Below, one piece after another: positions 9,997-19,366 of a stretch of DNA of 64,000 nt. Origin of the DNA: Patescibacteria group bacterium (lineage in GTDB: Bacteria > Patescibacteriota > Patescibacteriia > UBA10025 > JAHIVO01). The position numbers and the translations under genes are program-made. The number at the start of each line of letters is the position of its first letter. The first letter of the stretch is position 1. Under the pieces are notes generated by a model. That model was not told where the DNA came from, made no database searches, and was given only the letters and a program-made list of their open reading frames with translations. The stretch spans positions 379,284-443,283 of the forward strand of contig JBAZKE010000001.1 of NCBI GenBank assembly GCA_041650915.1, written 5' to 3'.

Positions 9997-11070
9997 ATGG
10001 GCAACAAAAAGGACGCATCAAAGGAACTTATCTGGGGCAAGCGCAAGAACCGAACCTGGATTTATATTGTCGCTGCAGTTGTCGTCGTCATTGCGGGCAT
10101 TGGGGGATATATCCTTTTTGGCCCAACGGATACCAGTGAACCAGCCTCAACAGCGACCACGACAGGCCAGGACGCTCTCGTGCGGAGAGCGATTGATGGC
10201 GTCTACGTTCCGGCAGACCAGGCGACCTATTTTCCGGTGGCGGTCATGGTAGAAAATTTATCAATCGTGCGGCCGCAGTCTGGCCTCACCGAAGCCGGAG
10301 TTGTGTATGAGGCGCTCGCCGAGGGCGGTATTACGCGTTTTTTAGCTGTGTATGGGGGCTCAACACCAGGGGAAATCGGCCCGGTCCGTTCTGCGCGGCC
10401 ATACTTTATTGACTGGACACTCGAGTACGGAGCGCTGTACGCTCACGCCGGCGGCAGCCCGCAGGCGCTTGCCGATATCAGCACGTACGAAGTATTCGAC
10501 CTGAACCAGTTCTACAACTCGCAGTATTTCTGGAGGAAGCAGGACCTGCCGCTCGCGAGTGAACATACGCTTTTCACCTCCGGAGAGCTCATGCAGTACG
10601 CGCTCCGGGATACGGGGGCTGAAGAAGCATCATCATTCACGCGCTGGACATTCAAAGATGATGCCGATCTCGCAGACCGCCCGGTAGAGGTCAAGGCCAT
10701 CAGCATCGACTACTCGTCATTCAGCTACAAGGTTGAGTATCAGTATGATCGGGAAACGAATACCTACATCCGTTCGCAGGGCGGGGCAGTGCATGCCGAC
10801 CTCAACGGTACGACTATCCAGCCGAAGAATATAATCGTCCAGAAAGTTGCTACCCACCTCGCAGATGCCGAGCGTCTGAGTATGGAGACGGTCGGGGAGG
10901 GTGAAGCGATCATTTTTCGGGATGGCGTTGCTATCGATGCGACCTGGAAAAAAGAGGACAAGGACAGCCGTACGCTCTTCTATGATCTCGACGGCAATGA
11001 GGTGGCATTCAACGCAGGCCAGACCTGGGTAGAGGTAGTGCCAACCGACCGTACCATTGAATACAATTAG
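9997..11070 (+). CDS. DUF3048 domain lipoprotein/membrane-anchored protein (YerB-like)
   Basis: N-terminal TM, then PVAVMVENLSIVRPQSGL...VYEALAEGGITRF...GPVRSARPYF...HAGGS, which is the DUF3048 signature. Confidence 0.75.
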   Translation: MGNKKDASKELIWGKRKNRTWIYIVAAVVVVIAGIGGYILFGPTDTSEPASTATTTGQDALVRRAIDGVYVPADQATYFPVAVMVENLSIVRPQSGLTEAGVVYEALAEGGITRFLAVYGGSTPGEIGPVRSARPYFIDWTLEYGALYAHAGGSPQALADISTYEVFDLNQFYNSQYFWRKQDLPLASEHTLFTSGELMQYALRDTGAEEASSFTRWTFKDDADLADRPVEVKAISIDYSSFSYKVEYQYDRETNTYIRSQGGAVHADLNGTTIQPKNIIVQKVATHLADAERLSMETVGEGEAIIFRDGVAIDATWKKEDKDSRTLFYDLDGNEVAFNAGQTWVEVVPTDRTIEYN

Positions 11071-11076
11071 CGCCTT

Positions 11077-12228
11077 TTGCATCCGTCCGTAAAAATGCAA
11101 AAACAAAACAAAAAACCATCCGCATGGCATCCGATTCGCGAACAGCACACGGTCCCTTGGGTCGCGGGGTTGTTTGTTGTGGCGACCGCTTTTTCGTGGT
11201 GGTACTGCGTTACGTACCTCGCGTCGAGTGCAGCTGTCGTGAATTCATACTTTTCATTGGCTGGAAATTCTCTCATCATGAAAGGCGAAGCGGCGATGGT
11301 TGAAACGGCTGCCGTGACCATGGAGCGCCTCATTGACGGATCCATCGTCGATGCTGATAAAGCGGGCTATTGGCCGTATGCGGTGATGATAGAAAATCTT
11401 CTGTCAGTCAGGCCCCAGAGCGGCCTGTCGCAGGCTTCTGTCGTATACGAGTCGCTCGTCGAGGGAGGCGCTACGCGATTCATGGCAGTATTCGACCCCT
11501 CTGAAATTATTCCCGAGATCATGCCAGTCCGCTCAGCACGGCCGTACTACCTCGAGTGGTCATCTGAGTACGGAGCGCTGTACGCCCACGCCGGCGGCAG
11601 CCCGAAGGCGCTCACCGTTATCCGTGAGAACGACGACATCAATGATCTCGAGGCACTCTCGAGCGACGCCAAGTACTTTTGGAGGGATACGTCAAAGTCC
11701 GCGCCGCACAATCTGGTGACATCATCGGAAAAAATGAATTTTGCGCTTCACGACAAGGGACTCATTGAACATGCCGCGACGTTCGATCCCTGGCGCTTCA
11801 AAGATGACGCCGAGCTTGAGTCGCGCGGGGATGGCGGTAAAACCGCGAGTTTCAACTTTTCCTATGGCCTGACGTATAAGGTTGATTTTACTTACAACCG
11901 TGAGCGGAATGAGTACCTGCGGTTCAATGCTGATGAGCCCCATCTCGATAACAATACCGGCGAGCAGATTGCAGTAAAGAACGTTATTGTACAGCTTGTT
12001 GAAGAGCCACTATTGGACGGCGGCAAGGGCAGGCTTGAGATTTACGCTGGAGGAGAGGGCAGCGCGTGGATGTTCCGTGACGGGCTCGCGATTCCGTGCA
12101 CCTGGAAAAAGGGCTCCCGGACAGACCGAACGCGTTTCTACGACCAGGAGGGGAATGAGCTCGAGCTCAACCGCGGAGCGATCTGGGTGCACATCGTTCC
12201 GAAAGACCAGGCGGTAACGTACGAATAG
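11077..12228 (+). CDS. DUF3048 domain protein, tandem paralog
   Basis: Carries the same signature blocks (PYAVMIENLLSVRPQSGL, VYESLVEGGATRF, MPVRSARPYY, HAGGS). Sits directly downstream of the first copy. Confidence 0.75.
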   Translation: MHPSVKMQKQNKKPSAWHPIREQHTVPWVAGLFVVATAFSWWYCVTYLASSAAVVNSYFSLAGNSLIMKGEAAMVETAAVTMERLIDGSIVDADKAGYWPYAVMIENLLSVRPQSGLSQASVVYESLVEGGATRFMAVFDPSEIIPEIMPVRSARPYYLEWSSEYGALYAHAGGSPKALTVIRENDDINDLEALSSDAKYFWRDTSKSAPHNLVTSSEKMNFALHDKGLIEHAATFDPWRFKDDAELESRGDGGKTASFNFSYGLTYKVDFTYNRERNEYLRFNADEPHLDNNTGEQIAVKNVIVQLVEEPLLDGGKGRLEIYAGGEGSAWMFRDGLAIPCTWKKGSRTDRTRFYDQEGNELELNRGAIWVHIVPKDQAVTYE

Positions 12229-12231
12229 AAA

Positions 12232-12292
12232 AAGACCACCTCGTTCTCAATGGTGAGTGTGTAGTGCGTTGAGAAGTCATCGGTGGTCTTGT
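12232..12292. terminator. long bidirectional hairpin between convergent genes
   Basis: AAGACCACC...TTCTCAA...TTGAGAA...GGTGGTCTT imperfect palindrome between the + gene ending at 12228 and the - ORF ending at 12298. Confidence 0.5.
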
Positions 12293-12297
12293 TAGGG

Positions 12298-12759
12298 TTA
12301 CGGCTGAATCCGCGGAGCGGGCTCTACCGTGGCGGTGTGAAGGGCGCATAAAGTTCTCCCAGCAGGTACATTAAGGTTCCTCTTTTTCGGTTGACTCGGT
12401 TGCATACCGAGCAATTCAATCATTGCTTCTCGGGTCATTTGCCGGAAGCCTCGCAGTTTTTCGAGGGGATACGATTCTAAAACGCATTCAAGTTTCCGCT
12501 GCAGGGGATTCCTGGAGATTTCTATGGAGAACCGGCTGTTCTCCACGTCGACCGTCATTGAGACGATCAATCCCAGAATCGGCTGGTCGAGGCCATCGAT
12601 GCAGATGCGTGCATAGAGCGTCAGGACCGGCTGTTTAATGAACAGCGGTAAGCAGTCCAGATCCGGTGCGCGCGCACGGATCTCTTGACCCACGTGTGTA
12701 CCTTGCGGGAGCTTCTCGATCCAATCGAGAAATCGAACGACTCTTGTCAAATTCGACAT
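12298..12759 (-). CDS. hypothetical protein downstream of prmC
   Basis: 153-aa ORF on the same strand immediately after prmC. No recognisable motif, and the true start is uncertain. Confidence 0.35.
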   Translation of the reverse strand: MSNLTRVVRFLDWIEKLPQGTHVGQEIRARAPDLDCLPLFIKQPVLTLYARICIDGLDQPILGLIVSMTVDVENSRFSIEISRNPLQRKLECVLESYPLEKLRGFRQMTREAMIELLGMQPSQPKKRNLNVPAGRTLCALHTATVEPAPRIQP

Positions 12760-12900
12760 TCCGCTTCACCTCCTTTCAAAGGGCGAAGAGTTTTGTTTTT
12801 GTGGTTTTTGTACCGGAGTACAGCTTCAGTATACGCTTGCCGTATGGAGCGTCAAATGTTTCCTGTCGTATGGATAAATCTCAAACGAGTTGCCCATATT

Positions 12901-13773
12901 TTATCTGATGACCGCAACGCGGTCCCGCCCGGCTAGGTCTTTTATAAACGATACCTTTTTCAGCGGCAGGTATTGTCCTGCCATATAATCTATAGCTTTT
13001 GCCTGCGTTGGCGCAATCTCGAGCACAATCATCGTGTCAACCGGCATTGCTTCCGCTGACTGCATGAGCAGACGTTCTATGAGTTCCAATCCGAGTTTGC
13101 CGCCATAAAGCGCCTGCCGCGGTTCAAAGGGTACGCCGTGCAGTTCATCCGTCGTGAGGTAAGGGAGGTTTGCGACGATTACGCCGGGAACCGGCAGTCT
13201 TTTTACGCCTTTTTTCTTCGTACAGAGTGGTTTGAGGAGGTTGCCCTGCAAGAACGAAACGGTTTTCGCAACATGATGCAGGCGGGCATTCTTTTTTGCG
13301 ACGACCAGCGCCTTTGGAGAACTGTCTATCGCATACATGTGCACATTCGGCAGGTATTTCGCGAGCGTAACCGCTATGCAGCCGGAACCGGTCCCGATGT
13401 CAGCGACGGCCACCTTTTTTTGTTCCGGGTGCTGCCGGCGCCGTTCGCGAACTGCCTGAATCGCCTGCTCGACGAGCAGTTCAGTCTCCGGCCTCGGTAT
13501 CAGCGTATCCTTGGTCACGACAAAGTCGAGCTTGTAGAATTCTTTGCTGCCGGTGAGGTATGCGACCGGCATCCCGCGCCTCCGCTGGCCGATAAGCTTG
13601 CTGAAATGGCGGTAGTGGGCAGCGGATACCGTGCGGCCAGGGTGGGCGAGCAGGTAACCCCGCGGTTTCTTGAGGATGAACGACAAGAGGACCTCAGCAT
13701 CGAGGTGGGCTGAGGTTGAGTGTGTGCCTGATAGTTTTTTAATGGCGCCAAGGAGCGCTCCCTGTATTGTCAT
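12901..13773 (-). CDS. prmC: release factor glutamine N5-methyltransferase PrmC/HemK
   Basis: SAM-binding block DIGTGSGCIAV and catalytic NLPY (NPPY-type) motif. Overlaps the prfA stop by 4 nt. Confidence 0.85.
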   Translation of the reverse strand: MTIQGALLGAIKKLSGTHSTSAHLDAEVLLSFILKKPRGYLLAHPGRTVSAAHYRHFSKLIGQRRRGMPVAYLTGSKEFYKLDFVVTKDTLIPRPETELLVEQAIQAVRERRRQHPEQKKVAVADIGTGSGCIAVTLAKYLPNVHMYAIDSSPKALVVAKKNARLHHVAKTVSFLQGNLLKPLCTKKKGVKRLPVPGVIVANLPYLTTDELHGVPFEPRQALYGGKLGLELIERLLMQSAEAMPVDTMIVLEIAPTQAKAIDYMAGQYLPLKKVSFIKDLAGRDRVAVIR

Positions 13774-14825
13774 GCTGGTTGGTCCGCTGCCTTGAGGTCG
13801 CGGATTACGCTCGCGAGGCCACCGTCGAGAATAGCGTTGAGGCCGTGGTAGCTCTTCTTGATGCGGTGGTCGGTGACGCGGTCCTGGGGAAAGTTATACG
13901 TCCTGATTTTTTCCGACCGGTCTCCTGAGCCGATTTGGTTCTTTCGCGCGTCGGCACGCTCCCTGCTGCGTTTTTCTTCTTCGATTGCGAGGAGGCGCGA
14001 GCGGAGCACCTGGAGCGCCTTTTCTTTATTCTGCCGCTGGGAACGTTCATCCTGGCAGGTAACCATCGTATTGGTCGGTTTGTGGATGATGCGGATTGCC
14101 GAGTACGACGTATTGACTGATTGGCCGCCGGCACCGCTTGAGGTGGTAGCCTGAATGTCGAGATCCTCAGGTTTAAGCTCAATGTCAACCTCTTCCGCAG
14201 CCGGCAAGATTGCCACGGTTGCTGCCGAGGTATGGATGCGCCCGCTCTTTTCCGTATCCGGCACGCGCTGCACGCGGTGGACGCCGCTCTCGTATTTGAG
14301 ATCGCTGTATACGTTCCTGCCGTTGATCTCGAATATTACTTCTTTGAGTCCGCCGATGCCGGTCCTGCTTGAGTTCAGGAGGTTTGTTTTCCAGCTCTTG
14401 CGTTCAGCATACCTCGAGTACATGCGGAACAGGTCAGCCGCGAAGAGCGCGGCTTCATCCCCGCCAGTGCCGGCACGAATTTCTACGATGATGTCTTTTT
14501 TATCCAGCGGATTTGCAGGATTGAGCGCCTCTTTGATCAGCTCCTCGAGTTCAGTTTGTTTTTGGCGGAGTGACGAGAGTTCCTCCTCAGCGAGCTCCCT
14601 CACCTCTGAGTCCGATTCGTCCTTGAGGGTAGCCTCGACCTGCCCGATGCTTTCACGTATCGCATCGAGTTTGCCGTACTTTTCGAGCAGCTGTCCGAGT
14701 TCGTTGTACTCCTTTGAGAATTTCTGGAGCTTACTGCTGTCCCGCAGTACGTCCTGGTCCTGGAGTTCCCGCTCGAGCTGCTCATACCGTTCCTGGAGTG
14801 TTATGCGGTCCGTGCTCATAGTCAT
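13770..14825 (-). CDS. prfA: peptide chain release factor 1
   Basis: GGQ motif (SGAGGQSVNTS) and RF1-type domain organisation. Start chosen among the clustered Met codons (MTMSTDR). Confidence 0.9.
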   Translation of the reverse strand: MTMSTDRITLQERYEQLERELQDQDVLRDSSKLQKFSKEYNELGQLLEKYGKLDAIRESIGQVEATLKDESDSEVRELAEEELSSLRQKQTELEELIKEALNPANPLDKKDIIVEIRAGTGGDEAALFAADLFRMYSRYAERKSWKTNLLNSSRTGIGGLKEVIFEINGRNVYSDLKYESGVHRVQRVPDTEKSGRIHTSAATVAILPAAEEVDIELKPEDLDIQATTSSGAGGQSVNTSYSAIRIIHKPTNTMVTCQDERSQRQNKEKALQVLRSRLLAIEEEKRSRERADARKNQIGSGDRSEKIRTYNFPQDRVTDHRIKKSYHGLNAILDGGLASVIRDLKAADQPA

Positions 14826-14870
14826 AAAATCCCCGCACACGAAAATGGGTGGGGGGACGTTTATGGTTAG

Positions 14871-15152
14871 CTAACCGTTCTTTTTGTCTGCTTTCTTCCC
14901 GGTTTTTTTTGTCGCGGTGGCCTTCTGTGCCGCTGTTTTTTTAAACGAAGCTTTTTTCTCGACGAGGCGCTGGAACCGTTCGACGCGGCCGCGGTCATCG
15001 AGCAGCTTTTGTTTGCCGGTATAGAAGGGGTGGCAGAGGGAGCAAATTTCGGTGTGGATCTCAGCCACGGTAGAACCAGTCGTAAACGTGTTGCCGCACG
15101 CACAGACGACTTTCGCATCAGTATGGTATTCTGGGTGGATATCTTTTTTCAT
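14871..15152 (-). CDS. rpmE: 50S ribosomal protein L31 with Lys-rich C-terminal tail
   Basis: [10 protein letters not shown]...CxCG...C..CHPFYTG is the canonical L31 zinc-ribbon form. Confidence 0.9.
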   Translation of the reverse strand: MKKDIHPEYHTDAKVVCACGNTFTTGSTVAEIHTEICSLCHPFYTGKQKLLDDRGRVERFQRLVEKKASFKKTAAQKATATKKTGKKADKKNG

Positions 15153-15416
15153 ACGCTATATGTAGCAGCAGTGTAGCAGGGTTCGCAGTTTTACGCAAGG
15201 CTGCGGCCTTACACTTGATTATTTTTTATGTTGTGTTACTATAGGAGCACCACTTTTCAGGCTTTACAAAGGAGTTCAAAAAGTGTCGTAATTACTCATT
15301 AACCACCCATGCTCTCTGACTGGCGGCTCATCCTTGGCCTCGGCGCCTCACGCAGGCGTCACGAGGTTTAGAGCAGCTGGATAGACGTGAGCAGCGGATA
15401 ACAAAGGGAAATTTAT

Positions 15417-16178
15417 ATGCAGGAAATATCTCTACTCGAGATGCTGAAGTCCGGCGTGCACTTCGGGCACCAGCTCAAACGGTGGCACCCGAAGATGGAG
15501 CCGTACCTCTACACGGCGCGCGGTGGCGTCCATGTCATTGACCTGGAGCAGACGGCGCGGATGCTCCGTGAGGCGAGCGATTTTATTAGTGCGCAAGTTG
15601 CCAAGGGCGGAAAGGTGCTTCTCGTCGCAACGAAACGGCAGGCCCAGCCGATCGTCCGGCAGGCGGCTGAGCAGGTCGGTATGCCTTTCGTTACCGAACG
15701 CTGGATCGGCGGGACACTCACGAACTTCGAGAACATTTCGAAGCTGACCAGGCGGCTTAAAGATTTGCGCCAGAAGCGAGACCGGGGGGATCTGCAAAAG
15801 TACACGAAGCATGAACAGCTGCAGTTTTCCGAAGAGATCACGTACCTCGAGACGCTCGTCGGCGGCATTGAGGACCTCACGGCACTCCCGGAGCTGATTT
15901 TTATCGTCGATACGAAGAAAGAGAAGACAGCGCTCCGTGAAGCCCGCAAGAAGAAGATTCCGGTCGTCGCGATGGTCGACTCAAACTGCAATCCCAACCT
16001 CGTTGACTATCCGATCCCGTCTAATGATGATGCGACCAAGTCCATCAAACTCATTGTATCTGCAATTGTTGAGGTGATCGGAGAGGCACAGAAGCGGAAA
16101 GCTGCAGCCGCAGCAACTGAACAGGCGGCACCCGCGCAAGAGAACGCCGCTCATCCCACAGAACCGCTTCAGCAATAA
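15417..16178 (+). CDS. rpsB: 30S ribosomal protein S2
   Basis: LLEMLKSGVHFGHQLKRWHPKM... is the S2 signature. Followed by tsf. Confidence 0.95.
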   Translation: MQEISLLEMLKSGVHFGHQLKRWHPKMEPYLYTARGGVHVIDLEQTARMLREASDFISAQVAKGGKVLLVATKRQAQPIVRQAAEQVGMPFVTERWIGGTLTNFENISKLTRRLKDLRQKRDRGDLQKYTKHEQLQFSEEITYLETLVGGIEDLTALPELIFIVDTKKEKTALREARKKKIPVVAMVDSNCNPNLVDYPIPSNDDATKSIKLIVSAIVEVIGEAQKRKAAAAATEQAAPAQENAAHPTEPLQQ

Positions 16179-16198
16179 CCTAACCATCGTATACGATT

Positions 16199-16786
16199 AT
16201 GGCAATCGAGATATCATTGATTCGACAGCTTCGCGAGCGTACGGGAGTCGGCATGATGGATGCAAAGCGTGCCCTCGAAGAGACGGGCGGCGACAGCGAG
16301 AAGGCCGTCGAATACCTCAAGAAGCAGGGCCAGAAGGTCGCGGCTAAGAAGCAGAACCGCGAGACGCGCGAAGGCATTATCGGTGCGTATGTACACGCAA
16401 ACGGAAAAGTCGCGGCGGTCATCGCGATCGCCTGCGAGAGCGATTTCGTAGCGAAGACGGAAGAAATGAAGGAGCTCGCGCACGACATCGCAATGCAGAT
16501 AGCGGCAACCGACCCGGCTTACCTGACGCCGGCGGACGTGCCCGTAGAGATCCTTGACAAAGAAAAAGAAATATTCAAAGCCCAGCTCGAACGGGAAGGG
16601 AAGCCGGAGCACATTCGGGAGAAAATTATTGAGGGCAAGGTCCAGAAATTTTACTCGGCAGTCTGCCTCAGCAAGCAGCCATTCATAAAGGACGATCAGC
16701 AGACGATCGAGCAGCTCATACATGAGAAGATCATGAAGCTCGGCGAAAACATCCAGCTCCGGGAGTATAAGCGGATCGCGCTATGA
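16199..16786 (+). CDS. tsf: elongation factor Ts (short form)
   Basis: N-terminal UBA-like IRQLRERTGVGMMDAKRALEETGGD, then the dimerisation core. Confidence 0.9.
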   Translation: MAIEISLIRQLRERTGVGMMDAKRALEETGGDSEKAVEYLKKQGQKVAAKKQNRETREGIIGAYVHANGKVAAVIAIACESDFVAKTEEMKELAHDIAMQIAATDPAYLTPADVPVEILDKEKEIFKAQLEREGKPEHIREKIIEGKVQKFYSAVCLSKQPFIKDDQQTIEQLIHEKIMKLGENIQLREYKRIAL

Positions 16787-17580
16787 TCAAACGTGCCGCC
16801 GGAGTACAGTTCAATCCCTGGGATCACGTCTACCACTATGATTGCAGTGACGCTAAGGTAAAACCCGGCGACCACCTCATTGTCAGGGTTGATACGGGAC
16901 TCGAGATAGCGAAGGTGGTGAGCGTCGCCGAAGTTGATGACGAAACGCTTGATGAACCCCTGAGGCAGATCGTTCGGCGCGCGACCGCCGAGGACGTTAA
17001 GCGGGGCAACGCCCAGCAGGAGAAGCGCGATGAGCTCCTCTCGAAAGCACGGACGCTCGTCGAGCAGCGCGGACTGGCCATGAAGCTCGTCGACTGCTAC
17101 TTCTCGTTCGATGGCGGAAGGGTGACGTTCGTATTTACCGCAGATGGGCGTGTTGATTTCCGGGAACTCGTCAAAGATCTCGCTCGGGCGTTCCAGAAGT
17201 CGATCCGGTTGCAGCAGGTCGGTATTCGCGATGAGGCCCGGCGCATGGGAGGATTCGGCCCGTGCGGGCGCGAGGTATGCTGCAAGCAGTTCCTCGGTGA
17301 TCTCACGAGCGTAACGACAGAGATGGCACGAATTCAGCAGGTTCATAGCAGGGGGAGCGACAGGATATCCGGTGCGTGCGGACGGCTCATGTGTTGTCTC
17401 GCGTATGAGGCGGCTGATTATGAGGCGGCACTGAAGGACTTCCCGCCGATTGACAGTACGGTTACGACGAAGCTAGGAAAGGGAACGGTGAGTTCCTACA
17501 ATGTCATCAAGAAGACAGTCATGGTAAGAATCGATAAGGGTGTCACTGAGGTGCCCCTGGAAGAAGTACGCATCGTATGA
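16783..17580 (+). CDS. PSP1 C-terminal domain protein (YaaT/RicT-like)
   Basis: GCGREVCCKQFL ... GACGRLMCCLAYE cysteine pairs typical of the PSP1/RicT family. Confidence 0.8.
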   Translation: MIKRAAGVQFNPWDHVYHYDCSDAKVKPGDHLIVRVDTGLEIAKVVSVAEVDDETLDEPLRQIVRRATAEDVKRGNAQQEKRDELLSKARTLVEQRGLAMKLVDCYFSFDGGRVTFVFTADGRVDFRELVKDLARAFQKSIRLQQVGIRDEARRMGGFGPCGREVCCKQFLGDLTSVTTEMARIQQVHSRGSDRISGACGRLMCCLAYEAADYEAALKDFPPIDSTVTTKLGKGTVSSYNVIKKTVMVRIDKGVTEVPLEEVRIV

Positions 17581-18452
17581 TACTCGACTACATCGCAATT
17601 GCCGTTCTCGCAGCAGCAATTATCGCGATCCTCGTGATACTCTGGAGAAAATTTTCCATACTCGCTGCGATTAATACGGAAACCATCAAGGAGGAACAGC
17701 AGAGCAAGGTGAAGCGGAGCTTGATTGAGGGGAGGCTCAAGCGCAAACTCGCCTCAATGCGGGCGCGCAGCGTCCTCAAGAATGGAAATGTCGACGGTAG
17801 CAGCAGTGAAAGCAAACCGTCAGCGATACGCGGTTTCTATAACGCCCTCCGCAAACTGGAGCAGAACTACCGCAGTAAAATTCGTGAACTCGAGCCTCAG
17901 GACGAGGGAGCAAAAGAAAAGAACGTATCGATCCTCATACGCGATGCGCGGGCGCTCCGGGACAGTGAACTGTATAAGGAAGCGGAGCAGAAGTACATCG
18001 AGGCAATCAGCGTTGACAGCAGGTCGGTAGAAGCGTATGAAAATCTTGGCGGCCTGTACGTCGAACTCAGAGATTACGACCACGCAAAAGAGATATACCA
18101 GTACCTGCTTAAGCTCCGTTCGACAGACCTCTCTGAATCTCCGAACAAGCAGACTGGCAGCATCGACCGTGGCGATGTCTCGACGGTATCGCTCGCAAAG
18201 GAAGTAGCGGGGTACCACGTGGAGCTTGGAGAGGTGTACCGTGCGGAAGGTGAACCGCAGAAAGCGCTCGACTGTTTCCAAGAGGCGGTGAAGCTCGAAC
18301 CAAACAATCCGCGCAATCTCGACAGGGTAGCCGAGACCGCACTCGAGCTCAAAGATAAACCGCTCGTGCAGGCCACCGTAGATAAGCTTCGTGAGGTGAA
18401 TCCAGAGAATGAAAAGCTCGCTGAGTTCGAGGAAGCGTTGAAGCAGCTGTAG
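17577..18452 (+). CDS. membrane-anchored TPR repeat protein
   Basis: N-terminal TM, then TPR-like repeats (AYENLGGLYVELRDYDHAKEIYQYLL, EVYRAEGEPQKALDCFQEAVKLEPNN). Confidence 0.6.
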   Translation: MILDYIAIAVLAAAIIAILVILWRKFSILAAINTETIKEEQQSKVKRSLIEGRLKRKLASMRARSVLKNGNVDGSSSESKPSAIRGFYNALRKLEQNYRSKIRELEPQDEGAKEKNVSILIRDARALRDSELYKEAEQKYIEAISVDSRSVEAYENLGGLYVELRDYDHAKEIYQYLLKLRSTDLSESPNKQTGSIDRGDVSTVSLAKEVAGYHVELGEVYRAEGEPQKALDCFQEAVKLEPNNPRNLDRVAETALELKDKPLVQATVDKLREVNPENEKLAEFEEALKQL

Positions 18453-18536
18453 TCCGGAAGTAAGGTTGTTCTCCCTATCGCGTTGTAGCCCAGCTTGCCC
18501 TGTTACAGTTGTTGTAGCTCAGTTGGTCCCGTCCGA

Positions 18537-18610
18537 GCCGATGTAGCTCAGTTGGTAGAGCAACTCCATGGTAAGGAGTAGGTCGCCAGTTCAATTCTGG
18601 CCATCGGCTC
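18537..18610 (+). tRNA. tRNA-Thr (anticodon GGT)
   Basis: GCCGATGTAGCTCAGTTGGTAGAGCAACTCCATGGTAAGGAGTAGGTCGCCAGTTCAATTCTGGCCATCGGCT folds as a cloverleaf with anticodon loop AUGGUAA. Flanked by a 10-bp inverted repeat that extends the acceptor stem. No encoded CCA. Confidence 0.85.
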
Positions 18611-18667
18611 GGACGGGATAAATGCCGCCACTCCATGCCTGCCCCGTACATTGAGCGAAGCAAAATG

Positions 18668-18715
18668 ATGCGGGGGGTAAGGAGTAGGTCTGCGGTTCGA
18701 CTCCGCGCAACGGTT
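18668..18715 (+). pseudogene. tRNA 3'-half fragment (anticodon-stem 3' strand + T-arm + acceptor 3' strand)
   Basis: GGTAAGGAGTAGGTCTGCGGTTCGACTCCGCGCAACGG resembles the 3' half of the tRNA-Thr(GGT) above, with no matching 5' half. Partial 5' copies (TGTAGCYCAGYTGG x3) lie at 18481-18560. Confidence 0.5.
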
Positions 18716-18830
18716 GCAACGGGGAAAGCAATTTGACAGTCAAACATGGGTAGGTACCCCCGGCATTCGCCGGGACAGGCTCCGTGGTTTTTACCTCGGG
18801 CTTGGTGGACATGCCATACTCATATCTGGC

Positions 18831-18920
18831 GGGCGGGTAGGTACCGAAGTGGTCAAACGGGGCAGACTGTAAATCTGCTGGCTTCGGCCTTCGGGGGTTC
18901 GAATCCCTCCCTGCCCACCA
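18831..18920 (+). tRNA. tRNA-Tyr (anticodon GTA), long variable arm, CCA encoded
   Basis: GGGCGGG acceptor 5' strand, anticodon loop CUGUAAA, long variable arm, T-arm GGGGGTTCGAATCCCTC, 3' end CCTGCCCACCA. Flanked by about a 15-bp inverted repeat. Confidence 0.8.
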
Positions 18921-19290
18921 GATGTGAGTATGAGTAGCTGGCATACTGTTTGTGCCGCCGAAGGGCTGTATAAATCTGCTGGCCTCGGCCTTTAGGGGGT
19001 TCGAATCCCATGGGATTCGAACGGGCACGAACGAGGCGCAGCCGAGTGACAAACAATTCGAGCTTGCGCAGAATTGTTTGGTGCCCAGGACGAGAATCCC
19101 TCCCTGCCCACCAGATGTGAGTATGAGTAGCTGGCATACTGTTTGTGCCGCCGAAGGGCTGTATAAATCTGCTGGTTCCGGTCTTTTGGGGGTTTGCATC
19201 CCATGGGATTCGAACGGGCACGAACGAGGCGCAGCCGCAGGAGTATTTTTAAAACCTCATGACTCTTTAAAAAAGCTATCCGTTCGGACG
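18901..19290 (+). repeat. tandem ~195-bp duplication containing the tRNA-Tyr 3' end plus degenerate tRNA-Tyr-like sequence
   Basis: GAATCCCTCCCTGCCCACCAGATGTGAGTATGAGTAGCTGGCATACTGTTTGTGCCGCCGAAGGGCTGTATAAATCTGCTGG... occurs at 18901 and again at 19094. Each unit holds a degenerate anticodon arm (CTGTATAAATCTG) and a palindromic T-arm-like segment (GGGGGTTCGAATCCCATGGGATTCGAACGGG). Confidence 0.8.
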
Positions 19291-19291
19291 C

Positions 19292-19366
19292 GCCACCCTA
19301 GCTCAGTGGTAGAGCAACTGTTTTGTAAACAGTAGGTCGTCGGTTCGAATCCGACGGGTGGCTCCA
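19292..19366 (+). tRNA. tRNA-Thr (anticodon TGT), CCA encoded
   Basis: GCCACCCTAGCTCAGTGGTAGAGCAACTGTTTTGTAAACAGTAGGTCGTCGGTTCGAATCCGACGGGTGGCTCCA. Anticodon loop UUUGUAA. Confidence 0.85.

Noticed and set aside
15432-15997. Minus-strand ORFs antisense to rpsB
   Set aside because: They are overlapped entirely by a canonical S2 gene.
18591-19221. ORFs 18591..19199(-), 18853..19221(-), 18952..19335(+) in the tRNA region
   Set aside because: They translate tRNA genes and the 195-bp tandem repeat. The internally repeated peptide (IQPFGGTNSMPATHTHIWWAGRD twice) is an artefact of the DNA duplication.
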